Below, in pieces: positions 49,563 through 60,817 of a stretch of DNA of 64,000 nt (position 1 is its first letter; every line of letters starts with the position of its first letter). The stretch spans positions 1,056,001 through 1,120,000 of the forward strand of contig OZ244999.1 in NCBI GenBank assembly GCA_965223265.1, read 5' to 3'. The stretch comes from Planctomycetota bacterium. GTDB lineage: Bacteria; Planctomycetota; UBA8108; SXIK01. The notes beneath the pieces are model-generated. The model saw only the letters and a program-made list of their open reading frames with translations. It did no database searches and was not told the DNA's origin. The translations under genes and the position numbers were made by a program.

Positions 49563-50470
49563 AAATCTGATATTATCGTTTCTCGGAGTCTATTCAAGGT
49601 ACTACCTGGGCGGAAATGGCTCCGCAAGAGTGCCAGCGTTGAAGTCGAGGATGATCACGCTGTGGTACCCCTTTTCCGGGCGTCGTCGCCGTTGCCCTCG
49701 AGCTACGCTCGAACCCATAGCAAGCAACCCAACACGCATCGCGTTTGGAACCCTCGGCCAACTCTCGACGAGTTCAGCGAGTTCTACATCGACTGTTTGT
49801 CCCCGGGTCACGAGAACGACAAGTAGGCGCAGGATAGCGAGCAGTCCGCGTTCTGTCGGTGGAGCGTGAGAAGTTCGTGCCGCAAGTCATCGGGCATCGA
49901 CAGACATCGAGGCTGATCACGTTAAACGTGGGGGACTCCGCCCAATCCCGTGCGGTCGAGCGGGGACGCCGTGGTTTTTCGCTAACTAGACGATTCCGGT
50001 GTCGTGGACGATTCGTTGCAGACGATGATCGTAGCTCCGACGAGTTCGTGTATTGGCCATACGCCAACGGTCGACTCGACGCCCTCAATTCCAAGTGGTT
50101 CACTGCGCAGAGATCGGCGTGCCGATTCAGATTTCGCAAACTCCTGCCACGGTGTACGACGGCGGAAGTCCGTGCGTCGGAGTCTCGAATGCTGTGAGAA
50201 ACGCTCGGTAATAGAGCGCGCTCTAAGTATGCAATTGACACGTCGAGCATGCATTATGAGACGTTCGAGTTTTTGGACATCACGGCCGGCCCGCAGATGT
50301 CGAGTCCGATGCTGCGATCTGGGCAGTTGCTCTACGGACAGCGTCCGACGACGTTGCAGATTCAGAGAACCTGGTCGACTTTCGTTCGAAATTTGCGACC
50401 ATCGAGCGTGGTCAACTTCGCCAATTCGTTGGCTTCGCACGTCGTTCTAGTTCTTGGACAGCACGCCAAC

Positions 50471-51010
50471 ATGAAACCGGGAAAGGTCGTCATACTCAAC
50501 GGTCCCTCCAGCTCTGGGAAGACCACTGTCTCGCTGGCAACCCGGGACCTCCACGGACCCGCGTGTAGCGTCGTTTCAATTGACCAGTTCTATCAGTCGG
50601 TGAATCCAGCGAGAGACAACAATTGGGAACTGTTCTATACGCTGACCCAAGTACTCCTTGATTCCGCCAGCTCGTTTGCGAAGCATGGATTCGACGTCGT
50701 CGTTGACACCGTCTTTGAACGCCGAGATTGCTTTGAAGCATGCCTTCAGTCATTCACCGGCGTAGAAACTCGCCTCGTCGGATTAACGGCACCCTTGGAA
50801 ATCCTGAGCGCGCGCGAAAGGAGGAGAGGTAACCGTCGTCCGGGTCTCGCAAGAGAACAAAGCGTAAGAGTTCACGAAGGCTTCGTGTACGACCTCATGC
50901 TTGACACGTCCGAACTTCCAGTCGACGAGTGCGCAGCTGAAATCCTCCGGCTGTTTGGGCGGAGTCCATGCACCACGGTCACCAAGAAGGGCAAGGGCGC
51001 ACCCGATTAA
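50471..51010 (+). CDS. Chloramphenicol phosphotransferase-like kinase
   Basis: VILNGPSSSGKTT, RERRRGNRRPGLA, YDLMLDTS. Confidence 0.8.
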   Translation: MKPGKVVILNGPSSSGKTTVSLATRDLHGPACSVVSIDQFYQSVNPARDNNWELFYTLTQVLLDSASSFAKHGFDVVVDTVFERRDCFEACLQSFTGVETRLVGLTAPLEILSARERRRGNRRPGLAREQSVRVHEGFVYDLMLDTSELPVDECAAEILRLFGRSPCTTVTKKGKGAPD

Positions 51011-51189
51011 CTCAACATAACGAGTATCCTCGGAAATTCTCTCGTTCTCTCGCAAGAGGTGATCGACAGTGTCCTTTATCGCGGATTAAAGCAGGGAACA
51101 GATGCTTTCGTTGGTCGAGACATGTTCGAATGAGTTGACCCGGCCCAACACAGAAGCTGAGCGCCCAACTTGCCCAAGGAGTAGGGAAC

Positions 51190-53235
51190 ATGAACACGTT
51201 TCGACTCGTGTCCTCCCGGCTCAGCATGGCGCTGGCCATGCCGGTTCTTTTCTGCTCCGCTGCCCTGGCTGACGACTGGCCCATGTTCGGCCGCGACGCG
51301 ACACGCAACGGCGTCAGCCCGGAGAAGGGAGCGCCGCTCCACTGGACGGTGGATCTCACGAGCGATGGGGGCGCCATCGGATCTGGGCAAAACATCAAGT
51401 GGTCGGTGAAGCTCGGGTCGATGACCGTCGGCGATCCGGTCGTGGCAGACGGGATCGTCTGGGTCGGAACCAATAACGACGAAAGACGAGACCCGCGCGG
51501 AACGTATAAGAGTGATGCCAGTGTCCTCCTCGCCCTTCGCGAGTCCGATGGCAAGCTGCTCTACCGCTACGAGTCTCCACGCCTGCGGGGTAGTAGATTC
51601 CAGGACTGGCCGGGGTCGAGCCTCGCTTGCTCTCCCTTGATCGAAGGTGACCGGGTCTGGTTCACGACCAACCGCTGTGAGACGGTCTGCCTCGACGTCG
51701 GAGCGCTTCGACGCGGCCACGGCAAGCCGCAGCTCCTCTGGAAAGTGGACATGGTGGAGGAGCTCGGCGTGTTCCCTCGGAGCGCCGCCATGCACTTCTC
51801 ACATCTTTGTTCCGTAGCGTCCTTTGAAGATTTCATCTACGTCATAACGAACAACGGAGTGAGTCGGGACTTCCGGACCGTTCCCGCCCCGGACGCGCCC
51901 AGTGTCGTCTGCTTCGCCAAGTACACGGGGAAGGTGGTGTGGATGGACGCGTCCCCGGGCGAGAATCTCCTCCTCAGCCAATGGTCCAGCGCTCTTGTCG
52001 CCAACATCGACGGCCGCCCGCAGGTGATCGCTCCACAGGGCGACGGCTGGTTGCGATCCTTTGACGCGCGAACCGGCAAGTTGATCTGGGAATTCGACTC
52101 GAATCCGAAAAGTGCAAAGTGGGCACCGAGTGGGCGTGGGACAAGGAACGACCTCCCTGCGACCCCCGTTTTCTACGAGAACCGCGTCTACATCGGCAAT
52201 GGTAGTCATCCGGAAGCCGGCGGTGGGCCGGCTTGGCTCTACTGCTTGGACCCGACGAAGCAAGGGGATATCAGCTTAGAACTGCCCGCTGGTCCTAGTC
52301 AGGGTAAGCCAAATCCGAACTCCGGTGTCGTGTGGAGGTATGGCGGGAAGGAAACCTTCAACCGAACCGTTGCCAACGTGACGATTCACGATGGACTCCT
52401 CATTGCGGCGGACCTCTACGGCTTGGTTCACTGTCTCGACGCCAAGACCGGACAGCCGTACTGGGTCCACGAGACTGAATCGGGACTGTTTGGATCTCCG
52501 CTCATCGTCGACGGCAAGGTCTATCTGGGCGATGAGGACGGTCAGGTGTGGATCTTCGCTCTCGCGAGGCAGAAGAAGGTGCTCGCGAAGATCGATATGG
52601 GCTCCACCATCTACTGCTCGCCGATCTTCGCCAACGGCGTTCTCTACGTTGCGACGCGCACGCGACTCTTCGCTATCGCTGGTGATGCGAAGAAGGAGAG
52701 GACAGATCCGATCGACGCGTCATCGGTGTCAATTAGACAGCCGCGAGGTCCACGAGCCGCGTACACCCCGACTCCGCGAGACGTCGTCGAGACGATGCTC
52801 AAGCTGGCGAAGGTCACCGAAGACGACGTCGTCTACGATCTGGGTTCGGGCGATGGCCGCATCGTGATCGCGGCGGCGCAAAAGTACGGCTGCAAGGCGG
52901 TCGGTTACGAGATCGATGCCGAGCTCGTCACTGATTCGAAGAAGAGCGTCGAAGCCAAGAAGCTCGAACACCTAGTCACGATCGAACGCCACGATCTCTT
53001 CGATGTCGATCTCGCTCCCGCCACTGTGGTCACATTGTATTTGTTACCGCGTATGAACGAAAAGTTGATCCCACAGCTTGCGAAGCTGAAGTCTGGATCA
53101 CGGATTGTCGCACATGAGTTTCCGATCCCAGGTGTGAAGCCGGTGAGGGTGCTCGAGGTGGAGTCGGTGGAGGATCTTACCAAGCGGAGTGTTTTCTTAT
53201 ATCGGACACCGCTGGAGAAACAGACAAAGCCGTGA
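51190..53235 (+). CDS. Secreted PQQ-like beta-propeller fused to class I SAM methyltransferase
   Basis: DWPMFGRDATRN, repeated Trp-motif blades; C-terminal YTPTP..VYDLGSGDGRI. Confidence 0.85.
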   Translation: MNTFRLVSSRLSMALAMPVLFCSAALADDWPMFGRDATRNGVSPEKGAPLHWTVDLTSDGGAIGSGQNIKWSVKLGSMTVGDPVVADGIVWVGTNNDERRDPRGTYKSDASVLLALRESDGKLLYRYESPRLRGSRFQDWPGSSLACSPLIEGDRVWFTTNRCETVCLDVGALRRGHGKPQLLWKVDMVEELGVFPRSAAMHFSHLCSVASFEDFIYVITNNGVSRDFRTVPAPDAPSVVCFAKYTGKVVWMDASPGENLLLSQWSSALVANIDGRPQVIAPQGDGWLRSFDARTGKLIWEFDSNPKSAKWAPSGRGTRNDLPATPVFYENRVYIGNGSHPEAGGGPAWLYCLDPTKQGDISLELPAGPSQGKPNPNSGVVWRYGGKETFNRTVANVTIHDGLLIAADLYGLVHCLDAKTGQPYWVHETESGLFGSPLIVDGKVYLGDEDGQVWIFALARQKKVLAKIDMGSTIYCSPIFANGVLYVATRTRLFAIAGDAKKERTDPIDASSVSIRQPRGPRAAYTPTPRDVVETMLKLAKVTEDDVVYDLGSGDGRIVIAAAQKYGCKAVGYEIDAELVTDSKKSVEAKKLEHLVTIERHDLFDVDLAPATVVTLYLLPRMNEKLIPQLAKLKSGSRIVAHEFPIPGVKPVRVLEVESVEDLTKRSVFLYRTPLEKQTKP

Positions 53236-53450
53236 TTCCGGAAGGCGTCGAGCGGAGGCGTGCATCGAATTCTTCTGTACATGACGCAGCTGAAGATCAA
53301 GAAGCCGGCGACGCAGTGAAGGAGTCCCAGAGAATGTCAGAGAAAAGTTCGAACCCGGCATCGCCCACCTCGTTCCGAGCCCCGTCTCAACCCAAGAACG
53401 ACCCGGGCTTCCTCCGTTTGTCACAGCTTTCGGAACTTTGGTGCACGGAC

Positions 53451-53823
53451 TACTCACACGCAAACCGACTACACCCCAAGCTCGCCACCGGCGCCGGGTC
53501 AGCGCCGCAGGTGGGGTACGGCGCCGCTGGGGAGATCGCCGTTGCCGAAGAGAAAGTTGAAGACGTAGACCGGGTCGGCGATGTCGAGCTCCTGGTCGCC
53601 GTTGCAGTCGCCACGGAGGAACTGGGGTCTGAGGTCCTCCAGAGTCATGTCGCAGAGGGGCGCCACGCTCCAGAGACCAAGAGACGGCTGGCCAGAGGCA
53701 GCGATGCCGACGTGGACCTCAGCCGGAAGTCCCTCGACGGTGACCGTGTTTGCCTTGCCCCAGCTGGTTCCCTCTTCTGATGCGTAGGCCTGGATTGTGT
53801 CACCGATTCTGTCGATCCGGAGC
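53451..53823 (-). pseudogene. C-terminal fragment of a dockerin-like secreted protein, cut by an IS
   Basis: FLRGDCNGDQELDIADP...; frameshifted tail APYPTCGADP; 5' end abuts an IS terminus. Confidence 0.6.
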
Positions 53824-55184
53824 CCGTCGTGTCCAAAAACCGAAACGGCAAACAAATCCTCGTGTCCCTTTGACTTGCCCGCGGTGGACGTCGACGAATT
53901 ACGATCGAAAACGCGTGCGAACCAGAGTTGAGGGCTGGAAGGAACAGGAGCCCGAACAGCCGCGTTGTCGTCAGCGTCGGTTGCGACGGGTGATGACCGG
54001 AGAGAAAAAAACGCGAGATCTACGCTGCCTCCCGGTAGTAGTACCGAAGCATTCCGCCGAGCCGCTCACGACAGCAAACTTCTCCACTTGTGTCTCCGAC
54101 ACTGTCATCGCGTTCGATCAACTGGTTGCCGAGGCCTCGGTGACAGCGTTTCCGATGGTAATGATCGACAAACGAGCCGATCGCGCGCCTGAGGGATTGC
54201 TCCGTAAAGAAGATCATGCGATCGAGACACTCGCTCTTGATCGAGCGAACGAATCGCTCGGCGTGGGCATTCAAGTTTGACTCCGCACTGGCAGTCGCAC
54301 GATGTTCGTTCCGAAGTCGTCCAGGAACTTCTGAAACTCGGCGGTGTACTTTCCGCCGTGATCGAGGAGCAGGTACCGTTTCCCCAGGAGGAACCCGTCG
54401 AACGAATCGGTCAGGATTCGCGCGATCTGCAGCATGAACCGACTGTCTGGGTTTCGCGTGATGCCTGCGACATGAACCCGCCGCGAGGAGAGCTCTGTGA
54501 AGAAGTGCACGTAGTACGTGATCAAACCCGGGGCCGAGCGACTTCGACCGTGAAGAAGCCGGCGGCGGACAACGTCTCCCAGTGAGCGTTCAAGAATTTG
54601 CGCCATGGGGTTCGCTTACTACGCTCGTGAGAAGGCTCGATTCCGTTCTCCCGGAGGATGTTGGCAATCGTTCCGCGTGAGACCTCGTGGCCGAGATGAG
54701 CCAAAGCACCTCTAATCCTCGTGTATCCCCAGCGAGGATTTTCTCGAGCCATTCGGAGGACCAGGTCCGCGATGTCCGTCTTGATCCGTGGTCGTCCGAT
54801 TCTCTTTCGTCGGGAACTGTAGTCCCATTTCTTAGCGACGAGCTGCCGATACCAGCGCATGATTGTGTCTGGCGTGACGATCGTCGCGACAGCCTCGAGA
54901 ATGTTCCGGCCAAGTGCTTCCCCTTCACGGCAAGCCTTCGGCGTTCGTCATCAGTGAGACGCAGGCGTTTTCCGCGAAGCTGACCCGTGAGGACTCGGTT
55001 TTCCTCAACCAGATAGTCAATGACGTCTTGCTGATGCCGGTTGATCCAGCCGGCGAAGGTGATGACGAGTAATTGCCAAGGGTGAAACGCGTTCACTCAC
55101 ACGATGATAATCGAGCGCGCACCAAGCGTACAATTGACGGGGTGGACATGGGTCATGAAACGTTCGAGTTTTTGGACAGGACGG
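53824..55184 (-). mobile_element. Degenerate IS with integrase-core (rve) transposase, frameshifted (CDS pieces 54020-55096)
   Basis: MNAFHPWQLL...[10 protein letters not shown]...NAHAERFVRSIKSECL...RERLGGMLRYY; inverted ends TGTCCAAAAAC at 53830 and GTTTTTGGACA ending 55178. Confidence 0.8.
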
Positions 55185-55260
55185 GCATGAGTTGTGATTC
55201 GTTTGAGCTTTTGGACATCACGAGCTTCCCGGCCCGGCATCGTCGCCGGCCAAGAGGTAT

Positions 55261-56752
55261 TCAGCTCAGCCAGTCGGACGCCGACACGGTACCGGCGGTC
55301 TTCTCTGGAAAAACGACATAGCGTTCGGTCCCCAGTGCGAACTCGACGTCGCCGCGAAGCAGTGCGGCGGTCACGTCGGGTTCGTCTGCGATATCTGAGA
55401 CCTCGGTTACCGTTCCGGTTTCCCAGAACAGACGTCTCAAGAAGTCTGCGGTGGATTCGCCTTGCTCGCGCTCAAATCTCTGCGCCTGGTCGTCACGCAC
55501 GACTACGGCGTCTGCCCGCGCGGCCGCGTGAAACAACGCGAGCTCATACATCGACATCCGCACGCCACTGTCGAAGTAGGCAATCACTTCTGGGCAGATC
55601 TTCTGAATGGCCTTGGTGGAGGTCTCGACGTTATTCAAGGCAGGCATGCCCTTGGAATAGAGGTCCAGCCAGTGGAGCTTCTCATCGACGAGGTCGAACA
55701 CGACCGGAACATAGATTCCTCTTTCGCCTTGCAGGCTGAACTTCATCTCAACGGTTCGGGCGTCGAAGTGCTTTCCGTCGGTATCTTCGCGCACCATGTA
55801 GCCGGCAAATGCCCGGTCGAGCTGGCTAAAAGCCAGACCAGCGTAAGCGTTGACCACCATAACGGCATATCGGACGTCGCTCTCGAGTATCGCGTTGCAG
55901 TCGATATCTACGAACTCACTTGAACCATCAGGATAAGGAGCACTCGTGAGATCACCCGCGCTCCTGGCCAGCGTCTTGCCGTCGACCTGGCACTGGAGCT
56001 CGTAATATGAGCACACGCCGCGATACGCCCAGTTGCTGTCGTAAAAACCGACCGAGAGATCGATATCGGTGTCGGCGACGTTCCGGTTTGGCTCGCACCA
56101 GTGCAGGAATAGACGGATAAACTTCCCAGCCTGCGCTGGTGCTTCGATCGTTGAGCCGCGTGGCAGGGCGATGGCGCTCGGACTGGCCGTTCTTTCGTTA
56201 AACGGCACCATGATCTTCTTTAGGGAACGGTCCAAGAGCCACGTCGACGACCTTGGAAGCGTTCCGAAGCGGACGAGAAGCGCCATCTCTATCGATTCCG
56301 TGACTCGCCGAACGGTGTCGCTGTCGATCGTCGAGCGTTGGTCCGGCGCCGAAATGCCGCCAGCAGTACCACCCTTCGGCCAGTAGATCCGAACCGGCAC
56401 AGGCTTGGTGCGAGAGAGGAAGTGGTTCCGTAGCGTCACGAGCATCGGCGTGGGCAGCTGATTCACGATGGAGGTGAACGCTGCGACGGTATCGTCGATG
56501 ATCTCGGGGCGTCCACGAGCGACTCGCAGCAGGTGGTCAAGCCGTCTCGCCAGTTCGCCCGGTCGCTCATGCAACATCCGAATTGCCCCGACGACATTCC
56601 TCGCTGCAAGTGCTGCTTCCACTCTTCCATGGAACGACTGGAATGCCGCAGCCTTCTCGCCGCTTGGCGACTTCTTGCGAACCACTGCGAAGGCTCGCGC
56701 GAGCTTGGGATAGCGAGAGGCGTACTCGTGCGGGTGAAGAAGCTCTCCGACC
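55261..56752 (-). pseudogene. C-terminal part of prokaryotic RING/TerD-domain protein (MXAN_6230/SCO0854-like), split by transposon
   Basis: ELLHPHEY...RPGELARRLDHLLR...RLFLHW...DIDLS...GDLTSAP...EFVDID. Confidence 0.8.
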
Positions 56753-56993
56753 TGCTGAGTCCCACAAACTCTGGCTCGTGAGCAGCGACGAGTCTCAGAT
56801 TCACTGACCCGGAAACGCCCCGGCATACCCCGCCGAACCGACCGTCCGATCATACCCCGCCTACCCCGCGCCCCCCGTTCGACGCTGCGCCCTGGACCTT
56901 CGCTCGACTCCTCGCCTCACCTCGAGTAAAGAGGGGAGCGGAGAGACCGGTGTTGGTGCACTTCTCTCCGCAAGTCCCCGTACGGAGAGAGCG

Positions 56994-57662
56994 ATGCTAC
57001 CCCATTTGGTCAACGCGATACAGAGCTATGGCGAAGCTGTTCGCCGCCGTGAGATCCAGCCGACCTGTAACCGCTGCCCGAATTGCAGCGGGGAGCCAGA
57101 TCGGTTCCGCTACCGCGGTCACCGAGAGCGCGTGTTCCTCGTTATCGTCAGGCGTCTGGTCGAACCTGTCCTGTCGCTTCTGAGTCGCTGGAAGTGTCCT
57201 CTGTGTAAGCGCTCCTTCACGCTCTACCCGCCCTTCGCGCTGCCGGGGAAACGCTACGTTCGCGACTGCGTTTTCGATCACGCTCGGCGCTACCTCCAGA
57301 TCGACGAGCTTTCGTATCGCGAAGCCGTCAAGGTCGAACACATGCCCGTCTTCCACGAGGGTGACGACAGGGGAGCGATCGACGAGCGCAGCCTCGCGCA
57401 CTCAACACTTCATCGTTGGCTTTCGTTCTTTCGCTCTCTCAACGCCACGCTCCTGGAGGCTCTCCGCCTCATCCGAGAGCGCTCGGCGAGGTCCGACATC
57501 TTCCGCAAGGTCTTCGCCGTCCGTCCAGCCAAGTACCGAAGCGAATCACGGCGGGACACTCTCGTCGCGGCACTTCGAGCTCTCTCGATCGACCAGGTGT
57601 TCCGTTCCCTCTTCGGCCGATCGATCTTCCCCGACTTGGCAACCTCCGCAGCCTGGGCGTGA
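56994..57662 (+). CDS. Zn-finger/HTH accessory protein (DUF6431-like)
   Basis: CPNC...WKCPLCKRSFTLYPPFALPGKRY...HSTLHRW. Confidence 0.7.
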   Translation: MLPHLVNAIQSYGEAVRRREIQPTCNRCPNCSGEPDRFRYRGHRERVFLVIVRRLVEPVLSLLSRWKCPLCKRSFTLYPPFALPGKRYVRDCVFDHARRYLQIDELSYREAVKVEHMPVFHEGDDRGAIDERSLAHSTLHRWLSFFRSLNATLLEALRLIRERSARSDIFRKVFAVRPAKYRSESRRDTLVAALRALSIDQVFRSLFGRSIFPDLATSAAWA

Positions 57663-57702
57663 GCGAGAATCACGCCTCGCTCGCCCCATGCGAGGTGTGA
57701 TC

Positions 57703-59265
57703 ATGAAAGCGAAAGATCTCGATTGGGCTATCTTCTGGGCGGCTCTTCTCCAGCCCGTCGTCATCGGCGAGGTGCCGGAGGAGGAAGCCGCGCGATTTCT
57801 CCGCGAGCTCGCCAAAGAAGAGCGCATCTTTCCCGACGGATCGCGACGCAAGCCGGCTCTTTCGACCCTGAGGCGGAAGCTTCGCATCTATCGCGAGGAG
57901 GGCTTCGAGGGTCTTGCCCGCAGGCCGCGAAGCGATCGCGGGAAACCGCGTGCCCACGGCAAAGAGCTCGTCGAGAAAGCCGTCGAGCTGAAGCGTGATC
58001 AGCCACTGCGCTCCCACTTCGCCATCAACAAGTTCCTCCAGGCTCAGCACGGAAAGACCATTCCGCGTTCGACCCTCTTCCGCTACCTCAAGATCGCCGG
58101 CGCGACGCGGCTGAAGCTCGGTGTCGAGAGGAGGAAAGTCCGGAAACGCTGGACTCGTGACTCCACCCATGCCCTCTGGGTCGGCGACTTCGCCGATGGA
58201 CCCTACGTGCTGCACGACGGCGAAGTCGTCCCCACCTTCCTCTGTGTTCTCATCGACTGCTACAGCCGCTCGCTCGTCGAGGGGCGCTACTACCTTCGGC
58301 AAAATCTCGAGGTCTTGATCGACTGCTTGCTGCGGGCGTGGGCCAAGCACGGCGCTTCGGACGAGCTCTATGTCGATCAGGCGAAGGTCTATATCTCCAA
58401 AGCGCTCAAGGCGGCATGCCTTGCCGTTGTCACCCGGCTCATCCATCGCGGCAAGGGCGATCCGCCACCGGGTGGTCTCGTCGAACGACTCATCGAGACG
58501 ATACAGGGCCAGTTCGAGGCCGAGGTCAGAGCCGGCGAGATCCTCACTCTCGACTCGCTCAACGGAAGCTTCGATTCCTGGAAGACCGTGGCCTACCACC
58601 GCCAGGTCAACACCGAGACCGGCGAAACACCCGAGGCACGAGCCGAGGCCGGCCTCAAACGGCCTATCCGACACGTCGACATTCAGCGCGTCACCGAGTT
58701 CTTCATGTGCCGCGAGACGCGGCGCGTTCACCCGGACTTCTCCGACGTCCAGCTCGATCGCCGCTTCTATCGCGTCGACAAGAGTCTGCGCGGTGACAAG
58801 GTCGAAGTCCGCTACGATCCCTTCTCCGCGCCCGACACGGTTCTCATCTACTCCAGCAACGAAGAGTACCTCGGAAAGGGCGTCCTTCACGAGCGCGAAG
58901 AGGGCGAGGACGCCGGTGCTCCCGCCCCTCCCGCCAAAGCGAAGCACAACTATCTGGAGCTTCTTCGCCGTGAGCACGACGAGGAGCTCAAGAAGCGCGC
59001 CCAGGGGATCGACTACCGTCGTGTCATCGCCTCTCGCCAGTGGCCCTTCACCGACTTCGCATGCCTTCTCGGCCGGCTCATGGGGCGCAAGGGCGCCCTC
59101 TCGAGCTTCACCGCCGAGGAGCTCGAGGAACTCAAGAAGTTCTACAACCGTACTCCCAGCCTCACCGAAGTCCTCTTGCTGAGGGCCTTCGAGAAGGCTC
59201 CGGAGAAATCCATTCCCTACATCGCCTACGAGCTTCAACGACTCGCAGGCAGAAAGGAGGACTGA
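57703..59265 (+). CDS. DDE transposase (Mu/rve type)
   Basis: HTH + PRSDRG, LWVGDF, IDCYSR, LYVDQ, VERLIE, VEVRYDP. Confidence 0.9.
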   Translation: MKAKDLDWAIFWAALLQPVVIGEVPEEEAARFLRELAKEERIFPDGSRRKPALSTLRRKLRIYREEGFEGLARRPRSDRGKPRAHGKELVEKAVELKRDQPLRSHFAINKFLQAQHGKTIPRSTLFRYLKIAGATRLKLGVERRKVRKRWTRDSTHALWVGDFADGPYVLHDGEVVPTFLCVLIDCYSRSLVEGRYYLRQNLEVLIDCLLRAWAKHGASDELYVDQAKVYISKALKAACLAVVTRLIHRGKGDPPPGGLVERLIETIQGQFEAEVRAGEILTLDSLNGSFDSWKTVAYHRQVNTETGETPEARAEAGLKRPIRHVDIQRVTEFFMCRETRRVHPDFSDVQLDRRFYRVDKSLRGDKVEVRYDPFSAPDTVLIYSSNEEYLGKGVLHEREEGEDAGAPAPPAKAKHNYLELLRREHDEELKKRAQGIDYRRVIASRQWPFTDFACLLGRLMGRKGALSSFTAEELEELKKFYNRTPSLTEVLLLRAFEKAPEKSIPYIAYELQRLAGRKED

Positions 59266-60056
59266 TGTTCACCACCCATTTCAAGATGACGACGCAGCCC
59301 TTTCTCGAGCGCGCGCCCGTCGAGCAGATTCTTTCCGACGAGCGCATCACCCAGGGACTCGCTCGACTGGAGTACCTCGCCAAGTCGGGCTCGATCGGCC
59401 TGGTGACCGGACTCACCGGGGTGGGGAAGTCGTCTCTGGTGAAGCTCTTCGTGCGCTCGCTGAGCCGCAACCTCTACGACCCGATCTATCTCTCGCTGAC
59501 CTACGTCGGGGCAAACGGCATTCTGAAGCTCCTGGTTTCCAGCCTCGGCGAGCAGCCCCGCCGTGGCAAGGAGCGGCTCTTCCTCCAGATCCTGGATCGC
59601 GTCGGGGCGAACGAGCACACGACAATCCTCGTCATCGATGAAGCGCACCTGCTTCCTTCGGAGTCGCTCACCGATCTGAGACTTCTGGTCAGCTCCGGAC
59701 TCGAGGACGGCCCGCCATTGAAGATCCTCCTCAGCGGACAAGAGACCCTGAGAAAGGAGCTTACCCGAGCGCGCCACGCCGATCTCACGCATCGGCTCAG
59801 CGTGCGCTACCACGTGCCGCCGCTCAGCAAGGAGCAGACGGTCGAGTACATCGACTTTCAGATGCGCGCAGCCGGCGCCTCGCAGAAAGTCTTCGAGCCT
59901 GAAGCGAAGTCGCTCATCCACGACTACTCAAGCGGCGTGCCGCGGCGCATCAACAACATCGCCACCGCCTGCCTCATTCAGGCCGCGAGCAAGAACGTCC
60001 AGAAGATCTCCGAGGCGCTCGTCAACGACACCGCCCCCGAGTTCCATCTGCCCTGA
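59265..60056 (+). CDS. ExeA/TnsC-like AAA ATPase
   Basis: TGLTGVGKS, VIDEAH, LSGQ, GVPRRINN. Confidence 0.9.
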   Translation: MFTTHFKMTTQPFLERAPVEQILSDERITQGLARLEYLAKSGSIGLVTGLTGVGKSSLVKLFVRSLSRNLYDPIYLSLTYVGANGILKLLVSSLGEQPRRGKERLFLQILDRVGANEHTTILVIDEAHLLPSESLTDLRLLVSSGLEDGPPLKILLSGQETLRKELTRARHADLTHRLSVRYHVPPLSKEQTVEYIDFQMRAAGASQKVFEPEAKSLIHDYSSGVPRRINNIATACLIQAASKNVQKISEALVNDTAPEFHLP

Positions 60057-60075
60057 GAACGGAGACTGACGCGCC

Positions 60076-60369
60076 ATGTTCCACAAGACCCTGATGCCTC
60101 GAGTCAACGACTTCGCCGAGTATCCTGAGCTCGCCGTTTTGATGACCCTCGCGACGAACCTCGAGATCGCCCTGTTCGCTCTGAACGCCGCGTACCCCGA
60201 TCTCGACTTCGACTACACGCAACGCTCCTCCTACACCGAGCAAGACGCCTATCTCGCCGCCTTGGGCGCTCAGCTGCGAGCGCTCCAGATCGTCCTCGAA
60301 GAGTATCTCGAGAGCCTGCAACGAATCCGATATTTGAAGGCGCCGAGCGGTGGAGGTGGCGTCGCATGA
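60076..60369 (+). CDS. Transposon-encoded hypothetical helical protein
   Basis: GGAG RBS; PELAVL motif. Confidence 0.7.
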   Translation: MFHKTLMPRVNDFAEYPELAVLMTLATNLEIALFALNAAYPDLDFDYTQRSSYTEQDAYLAALGAQLRALQIVLEEYLESLQRIRYLKAPSGGGGVA

Positions 60370-60683
60370 CAGGACGATTCTCCGGCAAGCTCCTGCGGTC
60401 GTTGAGAAACGATATACCGATCGCGTGGCTCCTCGATCTGCTCGGCGTCCCCGCGAAAATCTCCGAGGGCTACGTGCGCTTCCTCTGTCCGCGGTGTCGC
60501 GAATTCAACACCGCGACGAAGGCGTCCACCAACCTCGCGCGTTGCTTTCGCTGCGAGACGAACTTCAACCCGATCGACCTGGTCATGATCGTCAAGCGGC
60601 TGAATTTCGTCGACGCCGTCGAGTTCCTCGCCGAGCTCCGCGATCGTCGCGGTGACGCTCGCGCCACGCCTCGCCCTTCGTGA
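60366..60683 (+). CDS. CHC2-type zinc-finger protein
   Basis: FLCPRC...NLARCFRCETNFNPIDLVM..LNFVDAV. Confidence 0.8.
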   Translation: MTGRFSGKLLRSLRNDIPIAWLLDLLGVPAKISEGYVRFLCPRCREFNTATKASTNLARCFRCETNFNPIDLVMIVKRLNFVDAVEFLAELRDRRGDARATPRPS

Positions 60684-60817
60684 TTCCCCGGGTCGTCGTG
60701 CCGTCCGGGACACGACGACCCGCGCCTTCTCGCCTCGCAAATCGCATCTCGCACCCGCGAATCAGCACCATGCCATTTAATCTGGGATTTCCGCGCCAGA
60801 TACTGTGGGACTTAGCA

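Larger units (their letters stand above)
56753..60817 (+). mobile_element. 4065-bp five-gene Mu-like DDE/ExeA transposon
   Basis: TIRs TGCTGAGTCCCACAAACTCTGGC / TGCTAAGTCCCACAGTATCTGGC; 6-bp TSD CCGACC at 56747-56752 and 60818-60823. Confidence 0.92.

Noticed and set aside
49602-49811. Right att of the second element near the LAELVESWPRVP remnant
   Set aside because: No second tmRNA 3' copy found there.
57670-59238. Long antisense ORFs (e.g. 57670-59238, 8534-9268, 53750-54280)
   Set aside because: Shadows of real genes on the opposite strand in GC-rich DNA.
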